Virus record (IMG/VR): IMGVR_UViG_2914811602_000003
Location: 4,528 to 68,527 of that record
Source: a virus
Taxonomy: Duplodnaviria; Caudoviricetes
Strand: one strand, 5' to 3'
DNA length: 64,000 nucleotides
The notes beneath the pieces were generated by a model. The model made no database searches and was not told the origin of the DNA. It saw only the letters and a list, made by a program, of their open reading frames with translations. The position numbers were made by a program, and so were the translations under genes. The number at the start of each line of letters is the position of its first letter. Positions within the stretch are counted from its first letter, which is position 1. Below, in pieces: positions 51,988 to 61,500 of this stretch.

Positions 51988-52999
51988 GAGTTCCTCGGAA
52001 GCCCCTGATTACACCTCTTTGGCCAGCGCGTCGGAGAAATCCGCGCTGTTGAGTTACGAACTAGGGATGGAGCAAGTCGAGCTGTCCCGGTCGCAGTATG
52101 AAGAACTGAAGCCGCTCTACGAGCAGATCACCGCGTCGTTGGTCGACACGCAAAACCAGACCAACAAGCAGGGCACGGACTACTACAACTACTGGAAGAA
52201 CTCCTATCAGCCGGTGGAGCAGCGGCTCCTGGCGCAGGCGGAGTCGTTCAATTCGGACGCCTACAAGGAGGAGCAGGCGCGGCAGGCGGCGGTGGATGCC
52301 GCAAAGGCATACGCGGTCACGCAGCAGGCCAACAACCGCTCGATGGCGGCGATGGGGGTCAACCCGAACTCCGGGCGGTTTGCCGGGCAGCGGAACCAGT
52401 CCACGCTGGCATTGGCGGCGCAACGAGCCAACGCCATGACGAACGCGCGCTCGCAGGCCGAATCGACGGGCTACGCGCGGCTGCTGGATGCCACGAGCTT
52501 GGGACGCGGGCTGACCGGGGCGTCTACGGGAGCGTATTCGGTGGCCATCAATGCGGGTAACTCAGCCGGGGCGAATGCGTCGACGGCGGGTAACAACTAC
52601 ATGGCCGGGTTGAGTAGCGGGGCCAGCACGATTCAGGCCGGGCAAAGCCTGCAAATGAGCGGGCTGTCGAGCATCCTGAACTCGCAGACGAGTGTCTACA
52701 ACAACTCGGTCAGCAGCAACGCAGATATGTGGGGCACGATCGTGGGGGCTGGGTTGGGGGCAGCAACGAAGTCTGACCGCCGCCTCAAAACGCAGATCCG
52801 GTTGGTCGGGTTCCTGGCCCACTTGGGCTTGGGTCTCTACACGTTTGTTTACCGGTTCGATCCCCGGCGTCGGTGGCTTGGTGTTATGGCCGATGAGGTC
52901 GCCAAGCGCTTCCCCGAGGCGGTTGTTACTCTGCCTTCTGGGTACCAGGCGGTTTACTACGACCAGTTGGGTCTTGAGTTGACAGAGGTACCCGCATGA
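51980..52999 (+). CDS. Ejection (internal virion) protein with C-terminal peptidase S74 chaperone domain
   Basis: S/A/G/Q/N-rich helical body; SDRRLK..I...LYTF.Y...GVMADEV...PEAV....GY..VYY..L. Confidence 0.75.
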   Translation: MGKSSSEAPDYTSLASASEKSALLSYELGMEQVELSRSQYEELKPLYEQITASLVDTQNQTNKQGTDYYNYWKNSYQPVEQRLLAQAESFNSDAYKEEQARQAAVDAAKAYAVTQQANNRSMAAMGVNPNSGRFAGQRNQSTLALAAQRANAMTNARSQAESTGYARLLDATSLGRGLTGASTGAYSVAINAGNSAGANASTAGNNYMAGLSSGASTIQAGQSLQMSGLSSILNSQTSVYNNSVSSNADMWGTIVGAGLGAATKSDRRLKTQIRLVGFLAHLGLGLYTFVYRFDPRRRWLGVMADEVAKRFPEAVVTLPSGYQAVYYDQLGLELTEVPA

Positions 53000-55524
53000 G
53001 TTTTTCGGCAGGCTTTGCGCGCGGCGCTCAGATCGGAGACCTGCTCGCCCAGAACTTTATTGATCGTCGCGCCAATAAGGATCTCGAAGCCCTCAGTGAC
53101 CTTGAGGTCATCGAGATCGAGGCGCCGGAGGTCGCCACAGGGTTGGGCGGGGAGGCAGCTTCGGGCAAGGAGTACGTCAAGCGCTATCAGTTCGGCGACA
53201 AGACCTACAGCAGCGCGCCGCCCTCCTATGAGGTCGAGTATGCCCGCGCCCAGCGCCGGGCCGAGCTTCTGCGCAAGAAGGGCAATGACTCGCTGGCTGA
53301 GCAGACGCTGCGCGAGGCTCGGGAGGCGTACAAGCTGGGCGGTCAGGAGTATCACGACTCCCTCGCACGACGCGCTGAGACGTTGTACTACGACGACCTC
53401 GGTGCGCCTCGCCCGATGGAGCAGTTGCTTGGTGATGAGCAGTTGCGGACTCAGTGGGTGGATTTGCTCAACGACTACGGGTTCGAGGACATCCGCGACG
53501 CCAACGGCAACCTGATCCGGGTCGAGGGACTTACGCCGACGCAGGATGGACGTCTGGCGTTGGACTTGGTGGTGTTCGATCCTAAGACTGGTGAGGTCAA
53601 GAGCCGTGGTCCCGCGACCCAAGGGCGAAGCTCTGAGGGTAGCGACCCGGTGGTGCTGTTCACGCCTGAGCAAGCCTTTTCCGGAATGCTCGACCATTTG
53701 CGGGGCCGAAGCGCGAAGTTCGCCGACATCGACAACCAAGGACGCCTGTATCGGGGGCGCCGGGGACTGATCGAAGGGATGCTCGGGGCGGAGTCACATG
53801 CCTCGGTGTCCTACGTCCCCAGCACCCGTGCTCAGCCCCAAGGGCTTGGCGGCGAGCGCCCGGATGCCCCGGACGTGGCGGAAGATCCAAGCGCCCTGGA
53901 CTTCAGTGTCTTGCAGAACGCTCCGGCGGTTTCTGAGCGCTCCGTGCCGGAGAGTGTGGTGCCCGAGGAGCGGCAGGGCACTCGTACTGGGCGTTCGCTG
54001 CGGGAGGCCGCGCCGGTCCACATGCCTGATGACGTAGTCCCCCGTGAGCGCCAAGGCACTCGCACGGGGCGCTCGCTGCGGGAGGCCGCACCGACCCCCA
54101 TGCCCGAGGAGGTGGTTCCCCGTGAGCGTCAAGGGGTTCGCTCCGGGCGGGGGTCTCGCAGCGCCTTGGGCTCGGAGCCAAGCGCCGAGCCCCAGCGCCA
54201 AGCGCCGGTCTCCGGGGCGTGGTCCCCGAACCTGGACTGGAAGCCGGGGTCGGCGATTCGCACCAAGGAGGACGCGCAAGGGGCGGCGGTCTATCACGCC
54301 ACCCGCGCCGGGCTGCCGCCAGAGCTGTTCCTGAGTCTCGTCCAGCAGGAGTCGGGCTGGAACCCGACGGCGCGATCCAACAAAGGCGCGTGGGGCTTGG
54401 GCCAGATCATGCCTGAGACGGCCAGACAGCCGGGTTTTGGTGTGACGCCGGTGCGCAACAACACGCCGGAGGAGAACCTGCGCTTCAGCGCCGACTATCT
54501 CAAAGCGATGCTGGCTCGCTACGATGGGAATGTCCCGCTGGCTCTGGCCGCGTACAACGCCGGAGCCGGGGCGGTCGACAAGGCCGGTGGGATTCCGAAC
54601 TTCCGCGAGACCCAGAATTACGTCCGCACGATCCTCGGTCAAGCAGGCGGCGGTTCGCCGGAACGTGGCAACTCACGCGCTGTGGGCGCATCCCGACAGG
54701 GGAGCCCCCGAGGGTTGGATGCGGCCATCCGTATGGCCACGCACTTCCCCAACGAGGTGAGCGTTAAGGACGCTGAGCGCTACGCCAACACCGGGCGCTT
54801 GGCCGAGCCGCAGTATCTGCGTGATTCCAAGGGCGGGGGTGCCGCGGTCGACCCTTACAACGGTCGCTCGCTCTGGGAGCGTGCGGCGACGGAGACGCCG
54901 ATGACGGCGGCAGAGCAGGCCGAAACTCGCCTGAAGCTGGAGGAGCAGCAGTACAAACTGGCTCAGCAGCGGATGAAGACGATCGAGCAGGTCGGCAAGC
55001 ACGCCTTCGGTGACGATTTCACGCCGCAAGTTGGCGCCATGATGGCGATCACGATGGACGCGCGTGGGATCGAGCCGACCCAGAAGAATCTCTCGACGGT
55101 CATGCATCACGCCAAGCGCACGACGGAAGCGGTGCAGGAGAAGATGAAGCCCCTTATCGGGCGCGGCCCGACGTTCCGCTCCTACTCGGTGGGGATGGCC
55201 GCGGGCGCCCTGGGCCTGACGGAGACGGAGGCAGGTGAGGTTGTCGACCGACTGGTCAAACCGATGCAGTCGATCGTCGGCGGCGAGAACATCAGCGAGG
55301 AAACGCAGCTTCACCTCATGATCGGGCTCGGCACGGTCCAGGAGCGCGCGGGTGTGACCCCGGCAGAGTCGGCGCAGATGATCCAGATGGCCATGCGCTA
55401 CGGGTTCAAGGTGTCGGATCTGCTCCAGCACATCGAGCAGGCCAAGGAGCAAGGGGTGGAGTTGACTCCCTCGCGCTACGAACACGTCCTCGCCCAACAG
55501 ACCGGACGCCGCCATGCTCAATGA
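52996..55524 (+). CDS. Ejection protein with soluble lytic transglycosylase domain
   Basis: LVQQESGWNPTARS.KGAWGLGQIMPETA...YL..ML.RY.G...LALAAYNAG.GAV...IP..ETQNYV. Confidence 0.85.
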   Translation: MSFSAGFARGAQIGDLLAQNFIDRRANKDLEALSDLEVIEIEAPEVATGLGGEAASGKEYVKRYQFGDKTYSSAPPSYEVEYARAQRRAELLRKKGNDSLAEQTLREAREAYKLGGQEYHDSLARRAETLYYDDLGAPRPMEQLLGDEQLRTQWVDLLNDYGFEDIRDANGNLIRVEGLTPTQDGRLALDLVVFDPKTGEVKSRGPATQGRSSEGSDPVVLFTPEQAFSGMLDHLRGRSAKFADIDNQGRLYRGRRGLIEGMLGAESHASVSYVPSTRAQPQGLGGERPDAPDVAEDPSALDFSVLQNAPAVSERSVPESVVPEERQGTRTGRSLREAAPVHMPDDVVPRERQGTRTGRSLREAAPTPMPEEVVPRERQGVRSGRGSRSALGSEPSAEPQRQAPVSGAWSPNLDWKPGSAIRTKEDAQGAAVYHATRAGLPPELFLSLVQQESGWNPTARSNKGAWGLGQIMPETARQPGFGVTPVRNNTPEENLRFSADYLKAMLARYDGNVPLALAAYNAGAGAVDKAGGIPNFRETQNYVRTILGQAGGGSPERGNSRAVGASRQGSPRGLDAAIRMATHFPNEVSVKDAERYANTGRLAEPQYLRDSKGGGAAVDPYNGRSLWERAATETPMTAAEQAETRLKLEEQQYKLAQQRMKTIEQVGKHAFGDDFTPQVGAMMAITMDARGIEPTQKNLSTVMHHAKRTTEAVQEKMKPLIGRGPTFRSYSVGMAAGALGLTETEAGEVVDRLVKPMQSIVGGENISEETQLHLMIGLGTVQERAGVTPAESAQMIQMAMRYGFKVSDLLQHIEQAKEQGVELTPSRYEHVLAQQTGRRHAQ
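53956..54150 (+). repeat. 78-bp (26-aa) tandem repeat, about 2.5 copies, inside the SLT gene
   Basis: VVP(E/R)ERQG(T/V)R(T/S)GR units start at 53956, 54034 and 54112. Confidence 0.85.
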
Positions 55525-58500
55525 TGACCTTCAGCGATTCTTCGCCATCGACGCCGATACGGTGCGCGAGCAGGGCCGGGACGAGCGCGTCCGTCTGGTC
55601 GGGTTCGACGCCCCGGAGACGCGCAAGCCCTGGCGTGGCCAGCGTGGGCAACCGGGGGCGGATCTGGCCACCGAGGAGACGCGCTCGGCGTTGGAGCAGG
55701 GCGCGACGATCATCCCCGTGGGTGGCCGGGACGCGACGGGAACGCGCTCGATGGGACGGATGATCCGCGCCGACGGCGAGGAGCACAGCGAGTACATGAT
55801 CCGCAACGGGCTGGCCTCGCCAACGCAGTGGAGCACGCAGTCGGAGATGGATCAGGAGCTCGCCGGGTTCTTCCGGCGCAACGCCCTGCCCGAGATGATG
55901 ACCGACCAGGAGCGGGAGCTGGCGGCGCGACGCGAGGAGGCGCTGTCCACTCCGGCTGAGTTTGATTTGGCGGGCAACATCCGGTCGGGCGGGATGCCGG
56001 GCGGCACGGTCAAGCGCTCCTGGGATCGTGGCGTCGACAACATGCAGGCGATGCTCTACGCCTTCGGCAACGCTGTGGGCGACCAGCTCGGTGCCGAGGG
56101 CTGGGCGGAAGATGCCCGGCACGGCCTGGAGCGCAACATGATGGAGGCGGCGGTCAATCCGGCGAAGGTAGCCGATTGGGATGCTGTGACCTGGGACAAC
56201 GTCGGTACCTATGCGCTCGAAGCCATCGTCGAGAACCTCCCGAACATGGGTGTGTCGTTGGGCGCGGGCCTGGCTGTGGCGGCTTCGGGCGGCACGGCGG
56301 CGCCAGGTGTGGCCGCCGCTGGTTTGGCGGCGCGCCAAGCCGCGGGCAAAGCGGCCATGCGCTTCGCGCTGGGTTCAGGGGCGGCGAGCTACGGGCTGAA
56401 CGCCGGTGAGGTCCAGAAGGAGCTCCTGGAGGCTGGGATCGATGCTTCGGGCACGGCGCTGGTGGCCGGTATCCCGATGGCGGCGCTGGATGCGATCGGG
56501 TTGTCGGCGATGGCCGCCCCGTTGCTCAGGACTTCGTCGAAGACGGCGGCGCTCCAGATCCTGGAAGCGTCGGGGGCGAAGCTCTGGAAGGAAGCGGCCA
56601 AGGGGCTGGGTAAGGGCGCAGCGATCGGGGCGGCCGTCGAGGCGCCGACCGAAGCGCTTCAGGAGCTGATCCTACTGACAGCACGGGCGTATGAAGACCC
56701 GAGCTTCGAGCTCTTCAGCGAAGAGAACATCAAGCGCGTCCGTGAAGCGGCAATCAAAGGTGGTATCGCCGGTAGCGCGGTCAGCGCTTCGATCACCACG
56801 ACTACGGACTCTGCGCGGCATCTGAGTGCGCGTGACATGGCGCGGCAAGCGGGTGTCACCCCGGAGATGACCGAGGCTCAGGCCGAGACCGCAATCCAGC
56901 AGTGGCGAGAGGCACAGGTCGCACGCGCCGAGACGCAGGTGACGGGCGAGCAACCCACGCGCGAGGTCACGGAGGATGAGACCTACCGGCAAGCCTACCC
57001 GCAGGACAACGTACGGCCGGTGGCTGAATACCGGAAGGCCGAGGGTTGGGACGAGGCCGCGTTCGGCGAACGCACCAGGATCATGAACAACCACCGGGTC
57101 GCGGCCACCGGGATGCACCGCAAGTTCGCCGAGAGGGGCTCGGCGACGGAAGGCGAGCGCGTGGCGCTGTACGAGGCTCGGACCCGAGCGATCAGCGAGG
57201 CACGCAACGCCCTCAACTACATCCGCCAGTTCTCCCCGGAGGCGTCGACAAAGGAAGTCCGCACGCTGGAGGACATCATTCGCCAGCAGGAGGAGCGGAT
57301 CGCTGCCGAGGCGCAACTGTTCGGGCCGGTCGACCAGAACCGTCGTCTGACCGAGTTGACGGCGAATCGGGCCAGTCGGGATGGGGCGTCGTCTGAGTCG
57401 GTTCACACCCAGATCATGGAGGCGATCCCGGAAGCGACCGCTGAGGAGCTGGGGCAGTTCATTGCCAACCAGAAGGCGCGCGAGACGCAGTACAACGGGG
57501 AGGCCCGTTCAGCGATTCGCGCCGAGATCGCGGAGGCTGAGCGCTACCTCAAGGCGCTACGAGGCGAGGACGCACCGACCGGTGACCCAGAATGGGACAC
57601 CTTCGTCGAGCAGTCGCGTGCGGCACATCGGGCGGCTTCTGAGGACTCGGCACTCAATCCCGAGCCCGCAGACGGCCGTATCGTGGTGGAGGAGACCTCG
57701 AACGAGGCACCGAGCGCTGAGAACCAAGCACTCACTCCCCCAAACTCACCACCGGAGACGACCGATGGCTTGCAAGAAGAAGGGCAAGGGCCAACGCCCG
57801 CCGAGATAACCCATGCCCCGAACGAGAGCGAAGGAGTTGCACCATCCGCGACCGCCGAGAACCGAGAGCCAGGAGATCAAGCCGCAACGCCTGGAGTGAC
57901 GGCAACGGATCACAGCGCAGAACAAGCGGTGTTGGAGCCAAGGCGCCTGGAGCGACTGGCACACATCACGGCGGTCGGGGTCAATCTGAAGCCGAGTACG
58001 GTAGCCAGGAAACTCACGCCCGAGCAGAAAACGGAGGTCAAGGCGGCGTATGGCGAGACCAATTTCATCCGCGCCTGGCAGAAGCTCCAGGAGGAGCACG
58101 CCGCCCAAGCGCTGGGAACTGAGAACCGAGCCACTGACAACGGACAGCCCGTGGCTGAGTCCGCCGAGCCGGTGGCTGAGCAACGGCAACCGGAAGGAGC
58201 GCCGAGCGCTCAGCGCGATAGCCCGGTGCAGCGGATCAAGGCGCTCCAGAGCCGGTTAGAGGCCGCACGCGCGAAGCTGGGCCAGCGCTGGGCGCCGATC
58301 GAGGCGCTGATGGCCGAGGGACTTCAGGCCGGTCGCGAGCCCGTGGACGTGATGGAGGAGGCGCTGGCGCAAGCCCGCCAGATGTGGCGCGAGGGCCAGA
58401 AGCAAGCGCCGAGCACCAAGTCTGAGCACGAGGCGCTGGGGCTGACGCAACCCCAGCCGACACTGTCGGGACATCCGGCGTTCCGTGACAAGGATGCGGC

Positions 58501-61500
58501 CAAGTCGGATCAGGCCACGCACTTCATCGGCAAGGGCGCGGAGGGTTCCTCGACGGCGGCGTACCAGAAGGACTGGGCAGGCGTCGCCCCCGAGCGCGTC
58601 AACCAGCGACAGTACCCGCAAGGCGCCAAGGTGTTCGTGTCGATCAACGGCAACCACCCGGCGCGTACGCCCGTTCCGTTCAGTGAGATCCAGCCCGAGA
58701 TCGATGCGGCAATCGATGCCAAGGCGACGATCATCGCGGACCCGAAGGCGGATCGTGAGCGCCCGTACAACACGGGTGAGCGCGACCTGGCAGCGTACCT
58801 GGCTTCGCGCGGGTACGAAGATCCCCAAGAGACGGGCATCTGGACGCCGAAGGCCGACACCGAGCCCCAAGCGCCAAGCACGGAGACCGAGGCGGTAGAC
58901 CCGCTCGCTGAGCTCGCGCGTAGCGGCCAGATCGAAGATCCCCGCGCCTTGATTGAGGTGCTCGCCCAAGACCTCGACGGGGCGTTTCGGGAGTACATGA
59001 TCGACCCGAAGTCGGTCAACGCCTACAGCCGGTTGCTGGAGGCCGCACGCAATGCCGGGTACGCCCGCGCCGGGCTTGAGCCCCCGCAGGCGACCCACGC
59101 GCGCACGCTCCAGGTTCAGACACCGAAGCGCCAGGACGCGGCTCAGCCGCCGAGCTTGGAAGAGGCACCGACGGCGGCAGCGGGGGCGGACAGCCTCGCT
59201 GCTGAGATCGCGGGCTTCGAGGCCACGTTCGAGGAACTGCTGCGCGAGCATCAGGACACGGAAGCCGCCGTGCTGGAGAACGAGGCCCATGCCGCACAGG
59301 ACGAGACGTTCGAGGAACGCCTGTCGCGCGAGCGTGCCGAGATCGAGCGGGCGTACATGGAGGGGACATACCCGCCGAAGCCCGTGTCGCTGGTGGTCAA
59401 CGTCAAGCCGGACGGTGTGAAGGCCGATGGCTTGATGGCCGACGCCGGTGTGGTGGTACTGATCGGGCGTCTGCTCCAGACGGTCACGGCAGAGGCCGGG
59501 CTCAAGGTTCAAGTGTCCCTGGCGCGCGGCGCTGAGCGCCAGACGGTCGCGCTGGATGACTTCACCTGGGATCTAGTCAACACGGATGGATGGTCGATGA
59601 TCGACGTGCGCCTGGAAGGGCTGGTCGAGCCCGACCAGACCGTGCTGAGCGACAACCCGCAAGCGGCGTTGCAGAAGCTCGCGGAGATTTTCACGTCCGG
59701 TGCCAACAGTCCGAGGAACAAGGCGATGTTGCCGGTGGGTGACCTACCGGGCGTCAGCCACACGCAGGTCGCGGTCAACACGGTCGGCATTCGCCGTCTC
59801 GGACGGCAGTTGCGCAGTGACCAGCATGTGCTGGCCGACGAGACGGTCGAGCAGGCGTATCTGCGCGACTTCTTCGAGGGGCTGACCACGCTGACCGAGC
59901 TTCTGGGCACCTCGTTCAAGGGCGTGTTGTCGGGCGACCTGGTGATCGAGCAGAAGGACGGGGCGACGACTACGCTGCGGGATCTGCTGACCAACCTCAA
60001 CGATCAGGCGGTGCTCTATCAGAGCTACGTCGACGCGCAACGCGCCGCGAGCGAGGCGCTGGACGACTACCTCTACCACGCCGGAGCGCTGGAGGCTGAG
60101 ATCCAGGTGTTGTGGGCTGAGATCCAGGCCGAGCAGCAGGGCGCCAAGCTCCCGGCGCAGGCGCGGCGCGAGCTGACCCGGATCGACCAGGAACGGGCGG
60201 CGCTGGAGGTTCAGCGCGAACAGATGATTCAGGAGAAGCGCGGCCATGAGTACAACGCGCGGATGCGTGATCTGGGTGATCGAGTGGCGGCGCTCTATCG
60301 AAAGCGGACGCTCGATGGACCGACCCGAGGGCGGCTGAAGCGTCTGCACGAGGCGCGCCGAGCGCTGATGGAGCAGATTCGACCGCATCGCGACCGCTCT
60401 AAGCTGCACAACGTCTTGGCGCAAGAACTGCGCGCCGAACTTCAGACGCGGGAGATGCTTCCGACCGAGGCGATCAAGGATCTCGACTCTCGGGACTTGG
60501 CGCGCAGCGCTGACCGCGAGCGCGTCTCGCTGGCTGAGTGGCGCGCGGCTGAGGACGCTCTCAAGACGGCTGAAGCTGAGCTGGTTCAGGCGCGTGAGGC
60601 GCGGGCGAAGGCGTCCCGGCGTGAGGCTGTGCAAGCGCATCGCGCCGTGACCCAAGCTGAGCGCCAGATCAACGCTGCACGTCAGGCGTTGCGGGATCTC
60701 GCGGCGCGCGAGCGCTCGTATCGGGAACTGCGCGAAGCTGAGGGTCGGGCGGTTGAGAACGAAGACCAGACCGTCGAGACCGCCCTGGAGCGCGGCACCT
60801 ATGAGCCGGGGCTTGAGACCGAGGAGCGGCAAGCACGCCGCTCAGCGCATGAAGGCCAGCGCGCGGCGCGTGGCGCCGAGCGCCAAGCCCCCGAGCGCGG
60901 TGTCGAGATCACGGTCACGCCGAAGCTAACTGGCGAGACGAGGGTCGAGCATCGGGCGGGCCATCGCGTTTCGGCGATCCTGGATCAAGTGCTGCGCGCG
61001 ACGGCCTTGCGCCAGGACTCGGCAACCGACGTCCAGGTGACGACAGTCGATCAGGCGTCGCTGGAGACCGTGCTGGGTCAGATCGAGGCGCTGGGGCAAG
61101 AGCTCAGCGCCGCGATTGAGGCGATCAAGGTCGGACTGAGCGAGCCGCATCTGAAGCCTTCGGATCGCGCGCGGCTGAAACGGATGCTGGCTGAGCGCGA
61201 GCAAGACCTCGCGGAAGCACGCCACACCTACCGCTTGTTGCTGGACACGCGCCACATGCCCAATCCGGCCCGTGTCATCTACAACAACGGCTACGCCACG
61301 CCGTCGCTGCGGCAGCCGATCGTGGTGCTGAACGACACCATCCGGGGCGGGAAGTCGCTTCAAGAGACGGTGCGCTCGATCGCCCACGAGATCGGGCACA
61401 TCATCCAGCAGGTCTACCTCGACCGGATGAGCCCCGAGGTGCGCGAGGCACTGGCGCGGGCGTTCCAGGCTGACAGACCGTTCGAGGGGATGCCGGAGAA

